Source: an uncultured Galactobacillus sp.
Lineage (GTDB): Bacteria; Bacillota_I; Bacilli_A; Erysipelotrichales; Erysipelotrichaceae
Length of the DNA: 64,000 bases
Direction: 5' to 3'
Assembly (NCBI GenBank): GCA_964385925.1
Contig: CAYLQV010000006.1
Span: 25,919 to 89,918, forward strand
The position numbers were made by a program, and so were the translations under genes. Positions 1-10,153 of this stretch are shown here, one piece after another. The notes under the pieces were generated by a model. The model searched no databases. It was not told where the DNA came from and worked only from the letters and a program-made list of their open reading frames with translations. Each line of letters begins with the position of its first letter. The first letter of the stretch is position 1.

Positions 1-2
1 GA

Positions 3-371
3 CATCAGGACTGGCTGATCATGGGTCTGATCACTGCTCTGTCATTGATTGTCCCTTATATTGGTCCATCCATTGCAAATATTATTGGTATCTTCACAGC
101 TTTGTCTTTACCAGTCGGCAATGTCATGTTCCTGGTCATCGCAATTGTGATCTTCAGCGGTACCGACGAATATGTCATGGCTCCGTTTGTGCATTCTCAT
201 AATACGCATGTCACACCATTATGGGCAATCTTCAGTGTATTTGCCGGCGGCGTGCTGTTCGGCAGTGTCGGCGTCATCATTGCGATTCCAGTATTCCTTG
301 CACTGCGTGTAATTATTCTGAGACTGCATGATGATCATGAAATCCAGGAAGTCCAGGGGACCCAAAAATGA
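3..371 (+). CDS. AI-2E family (PerM-like) transporter, 5'-partial
   Basis: Frame open from window start; hydrophobic C-terminus with LIVPYIGP and HPxxxIFSVFAGGVLFGSVGVIIAIP-like motifs typical of AI-2E proteins; TGA overlaps next ATG (368-371). Confidence 0.8.
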   Translation, partial: HQDWLIMGLITALSLIVPYIGPSIANIIGIFTALSLPVGNVMFLVIAIVIFSGTDEYVMAPFVHSHNTHVTPLWAIFSVFAGGVLFGSVGVIIAIPVFLALRVIILRLHDDHEIQEVQGTQK

Positions 372-1372
372 GAAAGGTATCAAGGATGCTGCTTGCAGCT
401 GTTCTGTGCCTTCCTCTTTTACATGGCTGCACACCGGCCAGAACACAGATTGCTTATTCCATTTATCCAATCGGCTGGCTGCTGAATGTGATATCAGGCA
501 ATTCTTTATCGACAGTATCAATCCAGGATGATTCAATTCCCATTATTGTACAGAAAGCGGAACTGAAATCCGATTATAGGGATATTCTGGAAAGCTCCCG
601 CGTATTCTTTCATATCGGCGGACTTGAGCCATATCTGTCAGTCATGGGAAAAACAATTTCGGACAGCGGTATTGATGAGGAAGATTTATCTTCTCTGAAT
701 GCTGTCTATAACTTTGGCAGATACAGTCAGGTGATCAAAGACGGTGAGACGCAGTATATTGAATCTGCCTACTATGACGGTTCCATCTTTGGCAGTATTG
801 ATACGACAACAAAAGATCTGTGCCTTTGGAATGATCCAATCTCCATGCTCAGCATGGGTGGAAATATTAAAGACTGGCTGATCAAGACATATCCTGAAAA
901 TGCTGATACGTATCAGGCTAACTATGACAAGCTGCAGACTGAATTGATCAATCTGGATGCCAAGTATCAGGAATACAGTTCATCACTCGCAAAGAACAGC
1001 AGGCAGATCTCGTTTGTATCTATGACGACTGGCTTCGGCAGCTGGCAGAAGACATATGGCTTTCAGGTGTATCCTGTCATTCTCTCCCGATACGGTGTCC
1101 TGCCGACGGATGAACAGCTGAGTGCAATCGAGGCAAGGATCAAGGCAGATGGAGTCAAATATATCGTCTATGAATCCAATATGAGTGAAGATATGATTGA
1201 GCTCTTCTACAAAGTGGAAACAGATCTCGGCTTAACGAGATTGGATCTGTCCAACCTGAGCGCATTGTCATTATCTCAGCAGCAGACCGGCAAGGACTAT
1301 CTTTCCATCATGTATGAGAATCTTGCCCAGCTGCAGACAATTCCCGCATCTAGCATTACGGTGACCAAGTGA
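368..1372 (+). CDS. TroA/ZnuA-like solute-binding lipoprotein (metal ligands apparently absent)
   Basis: Signal peptide with lipobox LHG-C; SIYPIGWL, FFHIGGLEPY, LWNDP, IKADGVKYIVYE segments follow the cluster A-I SBP pattern. Confidence 0.75.
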   Translation: MRKVSRMLLAAVLCLPLLHGCTPARTQIAYSIYPIGWLLNVISGNSLSTVSIQDDSIPIIVQKAELKSDYRDILESSRVFFHIGGLEPYLSVMGKTISDSGIDEEDLSSLNAVYNFGRYSQVIKDGETQYIESAYYDGSIFGSIDTTTKDLCLWNDPISMLSMGGNIKDWLIKTYPENADTYQANYDKLQTELINLDAKYQEYSSSLAKNSRQISFVSMTTGFGSWQKTYGFQVYPVILSRYGVLPTDEQLSAIEARIKADGVKYIVYESNMSEDMIELFYKVETDLGLTRLDLSNLSALSLSQQQTGKDYLSIMYENLAQLQTIPASSITVTK

Positions 1373-1379
1373 TTTCGAT

Positions 1380-1401
1380 GCCGGCACATGCCGGCTTTCT
1401 T
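1380..1401 (+). terminator. Possible weak intrinsic terminator before polA
   Basis: GCCGGC-ACAT-GCCGGC followed by TTTCTT. Confidence 0.35.
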
Positions 1402-1417
1402 CAATATAGGAGGACAC

Positions 1418-4039
1418 ATGAAAAAGTTTTTATTGACAGACGGCAACTCGATGCTGTTCAGGGCATATTATGCAACAGCATACGGCAGACCGATGACAAC
1501 CTCAAAGGGAATTCCGACAAATGCTGTCTTTGGCTTTGTGTCAATGATCCAGAAGGCAATTGATACGGTGAAGCCGGATGCTGTCCTTGTTGCCTTTGAT
1601 GCAGGCAAGCACACATTCCGTCATGATCTGTATGCAGACTATAAAGGCGGCCGCAAACCGGCACCGGATGACCTTGTTCCGCAGTTCGCACTGATCCGTG
1701 ACTTCTGCGATGCATATCAGCTCAAGTGGGTGGAGATGGAGAACATCGAAGCAGATGACCTGATCGGCACTGCATCCAAAGATGCTTCCGATTATGAAAC
1801 ATATATTCTCACAAGTGATCATGACATGCTGCAGCTGGCAGATGACACAACATCCATCCTGTTAATGAAAAAGGGTATTACAGAAATGGATGTCATGACG
1901 CCGGAGAAGATCAAGGCAGACTATGGTGTCACACCGCTTCAAGTCATTGACCTGAAGGGACTGATGGGTGACACGAGTGACAATTATCCAGGTATTCCGG
2001 GTGTTGGAGAAAAGACAGCTGTTAAGCTGATTGAGCAGTTTGGATCAGTAGAGGGCGTACTAGCACATGACAGTGAGATCAAAGGTGCGCTTGGCAAGAA
2101 GGTGCAGGAGAATCATGATAGTGCCGTGCTGTCCAAAAAGCTGGCAACAATCAAGCGGGATGTTGAACTGAACTTCAAGACAGAAGACTGCATGTTCCAT
2201 CCTGATTATCCTGATCTCATCAAATATCTCCGTTCACTGGACATGAACATGCTTGCAAAGAAGTATGAAGATCTTTCTGCTTCAGTTACCGTTGAAGAAG
2301 CAGCGTCACCGGAAGCAGAGTCAGCTGATGGATATGCAAGAGTATCAAAAATACCAGCATTCTTTTTAAAGAGTGAAACATTCCTTTTCCTCGATGAGAA
2401 TCAGGATTCTTTCGTTAATGCAGAGGTTCACGGCTTTGGTGTCAACAGCGAACATGGAACAGTTTATATCAGCCTGGAAGATGTTCTGAAGGATGAGGCT
2501 TTCCTGGCATACCTCAAGCAGGCAGAACCACATAAGACCGGATACGATATCAAGCGTGCTATGCATTTGCTGAAACATGCAGGTCTTGAAATCAATTTTC
2601 ATGATGATGCAATGATCCTGGCTTCTTTATGCGACAGTACATTGACCAGTACTGACAAGATCATGGAGCATTATCAGCTCAGCACGGCAGTTTCTTTTGA
2701 AGACGTCTATGGGAAGGCATCCAAGCCAATTCTGTTTGCGGATGAAAATCTGCAGAGAGATTATGCCTGTGCCAATGCAGTTAACATTCATGCATTGTAT
2801 GATCTGACGATTGCCAAGATCAAAGACTATGACATGATGGATCTTTATCGGAATATTGAAATGCCTTTGACCTCTATCCTGTTTGAAATGGAAGGTGACG
2901 GCATTATCTGTGACCTCAAGATCCTTGATCGGATTGCCAAGGAAACCGGTGCGAAGATCGATGCACTGCAGAAGCAGATCTATGAAGAAGCTGGAAAGGA
3001 ATTCAATATCAATTCCACCAAGCAGCTCGGCGATGTCCTCTATGATGACCTGGCACTTCCTTCCGGCAAAAAGAGAAGCACAGCAGCTGACAAACTTGAA
3101 AAGCTTTTAGGTGTACATCCAATCATCGAACATATCCTTGAATATAGAAAACTGTCCAAGATCTTCAGCACATATGCGGAAGGCTTAAAGAAATATATCT
3201 GGAAGGACGGAAAGATCCATACAATATACAATCAGTGTGCGACACAGACCGGCAGACTATCTTCTTCCGAACCGAACCTGCAGAACATCAGTGTCAGGGA
3301 TGAGCAGGGCAAAGAAATCCGCAAAGCATTCCTGCCGGATCCTGGATGTGTCCTGATTTCCTCAGACTATCACCAGATTGAACTGCGCATGCTGGCACAT
3401 ATGGCAGATGAACCTGGCCTGATTGAAGCATTTAAGAGCGGCATCGACGTCCATACAAAGACAGCAATGGATGTCTTTGGTGTCAGCAAGGATGAAGTGA
3501 CTCCGTTAATGAGAAGAAGAGCGAAAGTCGTCAACTTTGGTATTGTATACGGAATCTCTGATTTTGGCCTGGCCCAGCAGCTTGGTACTACCCGTATGGA
3601 AGCCAAAGACTTCATCGATACCTATTACAAAAAGTATCCAGGCATCCGCAGATATATGGATTCCATCGTCAGCGAATGCGAAGAAAAGGGATATGTGACG
3701 ACTCTCTGCGGGCGCAGAAGAGATATCCCGGAGATCCATGACAAGAACCATATGATCAAGGAATTCGGCAAAAGAGCTGCGATGAATGCACCAATTCAGG
3801 GTTCAGCAGCTGATCTGATCAAGATTGCCATGATCCATATTCATGAAGCAATGCAGAAGGCAGGCGTCAAGTCAAAGATGATTCTGCAGGTCCACGATGA
3901 ACTGATCTTCAATGTACCGGAAGATGAGATTGAACAAATGAAGAAGCTGATCGATGAAGGCATGACATCTGCTATGAGCTTGAAAGTGCCTCTCACAGCA
4001 GAATGTTCCGTCGGACACGATTGGTACGAGGCGAAATAA
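1418..4039 (+). CDS. polA: DNA polymerase I
   Basis: AGGAGG RBS before ATG 1418; 5'-3' exonuclease motifs (DGNSMLFRAYYA, EADDLIG, GDTSDNYPG) and polymerase motifs (TGRLSSSEPNLQNI, DYHQIELR, AKVVNFGIVYG, LQVHDELIF). Confidence 0.98.
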   Translation: MKKFLLTDGNSMLFRAYYATAYGRPMTTSKGIPTNAVFGFVSMIQKAIDTVKPDAVLVAFDAGKHTFRHDLYADYKGGRKPAPDDLVPQFALIRDFCDAYQLKWVEMENIEADDLIGTASKDASDYETYILTSDHDMLQLADDTTSILLMKKGITEMDVMTPEKIKADYGVTPLQVIDLKGLMGDTSDNYPGIPGVGEKTAVKLIEQFGSVEGVLAHDSEIKGALGKKVQENHDSAVLSKKLATIKRDVELNFKTEDCMFHPDYPDLIKYLRSLDMNMLAKKYEDLSASVTVEEAASPEAESADGYARVSKIPAFFLKSETFLFLDENQDSFVNAEVHGFGVNSEHGTVYISLEDVLKDEAFLAYLKQAEPHKTGYDIKRAMHLLKHAGLEINFHDDAMILASLCDSTLTSTDKIMEHYQLSTAVSFEDVYGKASKPILFADENLQRDYACANAVNIHALYDLTIAKIKDYDMMDLYRNIEMPLTSILFEMEGDGIICDLKILDRIAKETGAKIDALQKQIYEEAGKEFNINSTKQLGDVLYDDLALPSGKKRSTAADKLEKLLGVHPIIEHILEYRKLSKIFSTYAEGLKKYIWKDGKIHTIYNQCATQTGRLSSSEPNLQNISVRDEQGKEIRKAFLPDPGCVLISSDYHQIELRMLAHMADEPGLIEAFKSGIDVHTKTAMDVFGVSKDEVTPLMRRRAKVVNFGIVYGISDFGLAQQLGTTRMEAKDFIDTYYKKYPGIRRYMDSIVSECEEKGYVTTLCGRRRDIPEIHDKNHMIKEFGKRAAMNAPIQGSAADLIKIAMIHIHEAMQKAGVKSKMILQVHDELIFNVPEDEIEQMKKLIDEGMTSAMSLKVPLTAECSVGHDWYEAK

Positions 4040-4845
4040 TGCCGGAACTGCCAGAAGTAGAAACTGTGGTCCGCACTTTGGAACATCAGATTGCGGGCAG
4101 AAAGATTGTTGGTGTCCAAGTACGCTATGACAAGATTATTGACGGCAATGCAAGAGAGTTTGAAAAGAAGCTGAAGGGTGAGACTTTCCGCAAGTTTGAA
4201 CGGCGTGGAAAATATCTGATCTTTCGGATGGAACATGTTACTCTGCTTTCTCATCTGCGGATGGAAGGCAAATACTATATCCAGGATCCAGAGGATGCGC
4301 TGACCCGGCATATGCATGTACTGTTTGACCTCGATAATGGCGGACAGTTAAGGTACAATGATACCAGAAAGTTTGGACGGATGAAGATCCTGCCTCTGGA
4401 TTACGACTTTACACATTTTAACGAGCTTGGTCCGGAACCTCTTTCTTCTGAATTCAATGCAGAATACATCCATGCATATCTGAAAGGGAAGAAGGCACCG
4501 CTGAAATCGATTCTGCTTGACCAAAGCTTTACTGCCGGCATCGGCAATATCTACGCTGATGAGATCCTGGCAGCCTGCGGCCTTCGTCCAGGCAGATCCT
4601 GTGCACGCATCACCCGCAGAGATGAAGAAATTATCGCTGCCAATACAAAAAAGATCCTCAAGGCAGCAATCAAAGCCGGCGGAACGACAATCCGTTCCTA
4701 TACCTCATCCTTAGGAGTGACCGGCAGATTCCAGACTTCCTGCACCGTACATATGCAGAAGATATGTCCGCGCTGCGGAAGCGCAATTCAAGTTAAATAT
4801 ATCGGCGGCAGGAGCAGCTACTACTGTCCGCATTGTCAGCATTGA
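4039..4845 (+). CDS. mutM: Formamidopyrimidine-DNA glycosylase
   Basis: N-terminal PELPEVET, RRGKYL, HLRMEG, GIGNIYADE and C-terminal Zn finger CPRC...CPHCQ. Confidence 0.97.
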   Translation: MPELPEVETVVRTLEHQIAGRKIVGVQVRYDKIIDGNAREFEKKLKGETFRKFERRGKYLIFRMEHVTLLSHLRMEGKYYIQDPEDALTRHMHVLFDLDNGGQLRYNDTRKFGRMKILPLDYDFTHFNELGPEPLSSEFNAEYIHAYLKGKKAPLKSILLDQSFTAGIGNIYADEILAACGLRPGRSCARITRRDEEIIAANTKKILKAAIKAGGTTIRSYTSSLGVTGRFQTSCTVHMQKICPRCGSAIQVKYIGGRSSYYCPHCQH

Positions 4846-4862
4846 TCAAGAAAGGAATATCC

Positions 4863-5474
4863 ATGAAGAAAATCGGTATCACAGGTACAATCGCATCAGG
4901 CAAGACTTCGGTATCGATTTCATTGAAGCGCAGGGGAATGCCTGTCTTCAATGCGGACAACTACAGCAAGATTGCCCTGCATCAGGGAAGTCAGTGCTAT
5001 GCACGTCTAATAGAGATTCTCGGCAGCAGTGTCCTTGATGACAATCAGGACATTGATCCTCATCAGATGGCAGAGATCATCTTCAATGATGAGGAAAAGC
5101 GGAGAGCGGTCAATGAAGCGGTTCATCCTTTTGTCAAGGAAGGCATGCGGAAGTTCTTTGCCAGCCATGCGGACAGACCGCTGGTATTTGCGGAGGTGCC
5201 GCTGCTGTTTGAGTCCCATTGGGAAAAGGAATTTGATGCGGTATGCGTTATCACATGTGCAAAGGAAGAAGCTTTGAAGCGCATGATGAAAGATCGTGGA
5301 TATACGAAGAAGGAAGCAGAAAGAAGATATGCATCACAGATTGATCCGGAAAAACAGAAAGCAATGGCTGATTACATCCTGATCAATGACGGTGATAGAA
5401 AAGAATTAGAGCATCAGGTAAACACCTGGGTTGCTCAGCTGCGAAAGGAGACACGTCATGGAAATGAAAGCTAA
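4863..5474 (+). CDS. coaE: Dephospho-CoA kinase
   Basis: GITGTIASGKT P-loop, VHPFV, EVPLLFE; conserved position after mutM. Confidence 0.95.
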   Translation: MKKIGITGTIASGKTSVSISLKRRGMPVFNADNYSKIALHQGSQCYARLIEILGSSVLDDNQDIDPHQMAEIIFNDEEKRRAVNEAVHPFVKEGMRKFFASHADRPLVFAEVPLLFESHWEKEFDAVCVITCAKEEALKRMMKDRGYTKKEAERRYASQIDPEKQKAMADYILINDGDRKELEHQVNTWVAQLRKETRHGNES

Positions 5475-6675
5475 AGATACCTACCGCTGTGAATGCCGCC
5501 ATGGTGTTTCTGAAGAAGCATTAAGCTCTTTAATGACAATGTATCAGCCGCTGGTCGGTCCTGATTCAATCCTGATTTATTTGACTTTGGCAGCGGAGGC
5601 ACAGTCGCCGCATGGACAGGATTCTATGCAGAGGCTGTTTGCCTTGACCGGAATTCCTGCCGATACTTTCGAAAAGGCCTGTGCAAGACTGGAAGAATAC
5701 ATGCTGATGCGCACGTATATGAAAGAAACGGATACTAAGAACAGTTATATATTCGTCCTGAGCTTTCCGTTGAGCGCCCACGATTTTATCAAGAATGCTT
5801 TTTATATGTCCCGTTATCAGAAAGTCATGGGACAGGGTCAGGCAGAGATTTCTGCCGCCAGGGCAGTCGCCGGTACGATACCAGTGCAGGAGTATAAAGA
5901 TGTCACGCATGTCATAAAAAACGTGCGTACTGATGACTATGAGCGCAGTGTTCCATTCATTGAAATCAAGCCGAAGTTTGTTTTCAGCCCGGATGATGAA
6001 TCAGTGAATTTTGATTATCATTCTTTTGATATGAAGTGTTCTACTCTTGTTTTTCCTGCTGAACTGCGTTCTGGTGAAAACATGGATCTGATTGGCAGAC
6101 TTGCCGTTGTCCATGGTATCTCGGTCGAGAAAATGATCATCCTGGTCAAGGACTGTGTATCACTGAGCACAATGAAATTTGATACAGAGAAGCTGAAAAT
6201 CAAAGCAGCACGTGCACAGGGTGATGTCAAACCTGGCAAGGATATCTATGATATGTCACCGGATCTCTTTCTGTCTTCTAAACAGAATGGTGCACCGATA
6301 TCATTTGCAGACAGTCAGATGGTCGGCAGACTGAGCACAGATATGCATTTTTCTAATGAAGTCATCAATATTATGCTGGAATATATTTTGCATGTTTCGC
6401 AGAACAGACTGAATCCGCGGTTTGTGGATATGGTCGCCGGCGAATGGGCTAGAGACGGCGTCAAGACTAGAGAGCAGGCACTGCAGGAAACAAAGAAGCA
6501 GCTGGCTTCTGTCAAGAACAACCGCACACATGTCAAGATTGACATGCCTGCATACATGAAGAAGCAGAAGCAGGAAGGCCTTCCGGAAACAAAGAAAGCC
6601 AGTGAAGAACAGATCCAGGAAGCTCTGGAAATGCAGAGAAAGATGAAGGAGCGGCACGGCAATGGACAAGGCTGA
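5458..6675 (+). CDS. dnaB: Replication initiation/membrane attachment protein DnaB (Firmicutes helicase loader)
   Basis: LYQPLVG-like N-terminus, C-terminal DnaD-like EVINIMLEY...WARDGVKTREQA; sits between coaE and dnaI. Confidence 0.85.
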   Translation: MEMKAKDTYRCECRHGVSEEALSSLMTMYQPLVGPDSILIYLTLAAEAQSPHGQDSMQRLFALTGIPADTFEKACARLEEYMLMRTYMKETDTKNSYIFVLSFPLSAHDFIKNAFYMSRYQKVMGQGQAEISAARAVAGTIPVQEYKDVTHVIKNVRTDDYERSVPFIEIKPKFVFSPDDESVNFDYHSFDMKCSTLVFPAELRSGENMDLIGRLAVVHGISVEKMIILVKDCVSLSTMKFDTEKLKIKAARAQGDVKPGKDIYDMSPDLFLSSKQNGAPISFADSQMVGRLSTDMHFSNEVINIMLEYILHVSQNRLNPRFVDMVAGEWARDGVKTREQALQETKKQLASVKNNRTHVKIDMPAYMKKQKQEGLPETKKASEEQIQEALEMQRKMKERHGNGQG

Positions 6676-7576
6676 TTTTACAATCAATCTGTCTCCTGAA
6701 AAAAGAATACAGATGGAAAAGGAGACAAAGGAATTAATTGAAAAGCTGAAAGGCAATCTGCAGATCCGCTCATTGCTGGAAAGAGGAGATATCGATGCAT
6801 CCTGCATTGAACGGTATCCATGGAAGCTGAATGAATGGCTGAAAGGATTTGAACCTTGCATCGGATGCAGGGGACTGTCATTCTGCAGACAGAAGACAAA
6901 AGGATATTTCTCAGCAGTACGCTATGACGGCATGATGCAGAAATATGAACAGGCGTGTAAGTTCATGCGTGTCAAGGAAGCATCAGAAGCACATATGAAG
7001 CAGTATACTGCGGATGATCTGCCGAAGAATATGAGAACGGTGTCTTTGGCTGACATCGATATCACGAAGGAATCCAGTGAATATGTCAAGGCATTGACCG
7101 CTGCAATGAAATGCAGTGAGAATGATCAGAGCATTTATCTCTACGGCAATATGGGAACAGGCAAAACATATCTAGCAGCCGGTGCCTGCAATGACCATGC
7201 CAGAAGAAAAGAAAGAGTTGCATTTATTCACTATCCATCGTTCTGCATGAAAATGGCAGGAATGGTGGCTTCCAATGAATATAAACAGGAATTAGAACGC
7301 ATGAAGTATGTAAAATTCCTGGTCATTGATGATATCGGTGCAGAAAATATGACTGAGTGGAACCGTGATTCAATCCTGCTGCCGCTGCTGAATGCCCGGT
7401 ATGACGAAGGCCTGCCGACCTGGTTCACATCGAACTGTGATCTGGTCTCCCTCAAGATCCATTTCACTTTTACTGCCAAAGGTGCGGAAGATGAGCTCAA
7501 AGCAGAGCGTATTTTAGAGAGAATCCAGACAATGTGCGCAATTCAAACGCTTACAGGGGAAGACAGGCGAAAATAA
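6662..7576 (+). CDS. dnaI: Primosomal helicase loader DnaI
   Basis: Zn-binding CIGC...C, Walker A GNMGTGKT, Walker B LVIDDIGAE, TWFTSN. Confidence 0.92.
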   Translation: MDKADFTINLSPEKRIQMEKETKELIEKLKGNLQIRSLLERGDIDASCIERYPWKLNEWLKGFEPCIGCRGLSFCRQKTKGYFSAVRYDGMMQKYEQACKFMRVKEASEAHMKQYTADDLPKNMRTVSLADIDITKESSEYVKALTAAMKCSENDQSIYLYGNMGTGKTYLAAGACNDHARRKERVAFIHYPSFCMKMAGMVASNEYKQELERMKYVKFLVIDDIGAENMTEWNRDSILLPLLNARYDEGLPTWFTSNCDLVSLKIHFTFTAKGAEDELKAERILERIQTMCAIQTLTGEDRRK

Positions 7577-7642
7577 CTATGAATACTGCTTTCATTGAAA
7601 CGTTAACAATGCTAAAATTAGGATTGAATTTGGAGGCGTGAT

Positions 7643-8605
7643 ATGGTTAGAAAAATTGGTGTTCTGACGTCCGGTGGTGATGCGCCTGGCATGAATGCGG
7701 CAATCCGTTCAGTCACAAGAATCGCATTAAATAATGGCGTTGAAGTTGTGGGTGTACATGATGGGTACAGAGGTCTTCTGGATGGCAATTTCCAGCCGTT
7801 AGCCAGAACAGATGTGTCTGACATTCTTGACCGCGGCGGCACAAAGCTTGGATCTGCACGTCTTCCAGAATTTAAAGAAGAAGATGTTCAGAATACCTGC
7901 ATCAGCAATCTGAAGAATGCAGGCATTGATGCCTTGGTCGTGATTGGCGGCGACGGTTCCTACCGCGGCGCACTTGCCATGACAAAGAAGGGAATCAACT
8001 GTATCGGCCTGCCTGGAACAATTGACAATGATATTCCGGGAACGGACTTTACAATTGGTTTTGATACGGCTCTGCATACCTGTGTAGAGAACGTCGATAA
8101 ATTGAGAGATACATCAAGTTCTCATCATCGCTGCTCGATTGTTGAAGTCATGGGCAATCACTGCGGTGATCTGGCTTTATATACTGCCATCAGCTGCGGT
8201 GCCGAAATGGTCATCTCACCTGAGACCGGCTATGATGAACTGGAAGTCCTGGAAAAGTTACGTTATCTGAGCGATGCGGTAAAGAAGAACCATGCCATCG
8301 TCATAATCTCAGAGAAGATCTGCGATGTTGATGCCTTGGCAAAGAAGGTCTCTTTACACACAAACTTCAGTGGAAGAGCGACCGTATTAGGCCATATACA
8401 GAGAGGTGGATCACCAACTCCGACCGACAGAATGCTTGCTTCCCGCATGGGAGAAAAGGCAGTTGATCTGTTGATGGAAGGAATCGGCGGACACTGTGTC
8501 GGTATCATTGACAATGAAATCACATCAATGCCGATCAACGAAGCACTGGAAAGACCTCGTCAGAGCCGCAAACAGCTGTACAGACTGTTTGACCGCTTAG
8601 TATAA
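7643..8605 (+). CDS. pfkA: ATP-dependent 6-phosphofructokinase
   Basis: TSGGDAPGMNA, GGDGS, PGTIDND, EVMG, LGHIQRGG. Confidence 0.98.
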   Translation: MVRKIGVLTSGGDAPGMNAAIRSVTRIALNNGVEVVGVHDGYRGLLDGNFQPLARTDVSDILDRGGTKLGSARLPEFKEEDVQNTCISNLKNAGIDALVVIGGDGSYRGALAMTKKGINCIGLPGTIDNDIPGTDFTIGFDTALHTCVENVDKLRDTSSSHHRCSIVEVMGNHCGDLALYTAISCGAEMVISPETGYDELEVLEKLRYLSDAVKKNHAIVIISEKICDVDALAKKVSLHTNFSGRATVLGHIQRGGSPTPTDRMLASRMGEKAVDLLMEGIGGHCVGIIDNEITSMPINEALERPRQSRKQLYRLFDRLV

Positions 8606-8635
8606 ACGTAGGATAGAAGAGAAGGATAGGTATTT

Positions 8636-10069
8636 ATGAGCAATTCACATTTATTCAAGAGAACCAAGGTTATCTGCACAATCGGACCTGCATCTGAAAA
8701 TGCTGATACTCTCACAAAGCTCGCTGAAGCCGGCATGAATATTGCCCGTTTGAACTTCAGCCATGGTACACACGAAGAACACGGCAAGCGTGTCAAGCTG
8801 ATCCGTCACGTATCAGAGTCGACAGGCATTAATCTTGCAGTGGCATTAGATACAAAGGGACCTGAAATCAGATTAGGCAATTTCAAGAACGATACTGAGA
8901 ATTATCAGATCGGAGAAATTGTTTATCTTGAAAAGGCAGAGATTGATGGAACTCATGAGAGATTCCATATCCAGGTACCTGAATTATTCGAAGATTTAAA
9001 GCAGGGCAACAGCATTCTGATCAATGACGGCAAGATGAGACTCACAGTCCTTGAGAATGATGGCAAGGAAATGAAGTGCAGAGTTGAAGTTGCTGGACCA
9101 ATCTCTTCACATAAGGGATGCAATGTACCAGGTGTAAAGCTTTCCATGCCGTTCCTTTCTCAGAAGGATGAAGATGATATCCGTTTTGGATGTCAGCAAG
9201 ATGTAGATTTCATCTTTGCTTCTTTCACAAGAAGAGCTCAGGACATCAATCAGATCCGTAAGATCTGCATTGAAGAAGGGAAACCAAGAATCAACATCAT
9301 CGCCAAGATTGAGAACCAGGAAGGCTATGACAACGTCGATTCTATTCTGGAAGCTGCAGACGGCGTCATGGTTGCCCGTGGAGACCTCGGTGTTGAAATT
9401 CCTACAATGCTTGTTCCAGTTTATCAGAAGCACATTATTCATCAGGCAAACATCTATGGAAAGCCAGTCATCACGGCAACACATATGCTGGATTCCATGA
9501 CACATAACCCACGCTGCACACGTGCTGAAGCATCTGATGTATGCAATGCAGTATTAGATGGTTCTGACGGTGTCATGCTAAGTGCAGAGTCTGCTGCTGG
9601 TGATTATCCAGTAGAATCATGCGAGACAATGTCTGAGATTGCGGAAGAAGCTGAAAAGATCCTTCCATACAGAGATAGACTTGACTGGCTCAAGACAACA
9701 TCCAACAAGACAGTTCAGGATGCAGTATCTATTGCAATCTCTGATGCAACACTGACACTGGACAATATCGGTGCAATCGTTGTCTTCACGCAGGGAGGCA
9801 CAACAGCGCGCCGTATCTCCAAGTTCAGACCAAAGGCTCCAATCCTTGCTGTTACCTTCACAAAGGATACACAGCGCAAGCTGGAGAGCTACTGGGGTGT
9901 TATGCCGATTGTCTCTGATGTACAGAATCAGATGACAAACGATGATGACTTAGCAACCTTGTTTGCGAAGGACTATGGTGTCAAGAAGGGGCAGTTGATC
10001 ATTATCTCTGCTGGTTATCCAACTGGTGAAGGTTCTGCCAACATGATGAAGATCATCGAAGTTAAATAA
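8636..10069 (+). CDS. pyk: Pyruvate kinase
   Basis: TKVICTIGPAS, RLNFSHG, DTKGPEIR, IAKIEN, MVARGDLGVE. Confidence 0.98.
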   Translation: MSNSHLFKRTKVICTIGPASENADTLTKLAEAGMNIARLNFSHGTHEEHGKRVKLIRHVSESTGINLAVALDTKGPEIRLGNFKNDTENYQIGEIVYLEKAEIDGTHERFHIQVPELFEDLKQGNSILINDGKMRLTVLENDGKEMKCRVEVAGPISSHKGCNVPGVKLSMPFLSQKDEDDIRFGCQQDVDFIFASFTRRAQDINQIRKICIEEGKPRINIIAKIENQEGYDNVDSILEAADGVMVARGDLGVEIPTMLVPVYQKHIIHQANIYGKPVITATHMLDSMTHNPRCTRAEASDVCNAVLDGSDGVMLSAESAAGDYPVESCETMSEIAEEAEKILPYRDRLDWLKTTSNKTVQDAVSIAISDATLTLDNIGAIVVFTQGGTTARRISKFRPKAPILAVTFTKDTQRKLESYWGVMPIVSDVQNQMTNDDDLATLFAKDYGVKKGQLIIISAGYPTGEGSANMMKIIEVK

Positions 10070-10075
10070 AACAGG

Positions 10076-10102
10076 AAAAGATATGTCTCGGCATATCTTT
10101 TT
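10076..10102 (+). terminator. Intrinsic terminator after pyk
   Basis: AAAAGATATG-tctcgg-CATATCTTTT stem with T run. Confidence 0.75.
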
Positions 10103-10153
10103 AATTATTGAGACTGTTTCTTCGATATAATAAAGAAGTGAGGTATATCCATT

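Noticed and set aside
2300-2900. Degenerate 3'-5' exonuclease region of PolA
   Set aside because: Loss of proofreading motifs is normal for Bacillota Pol I
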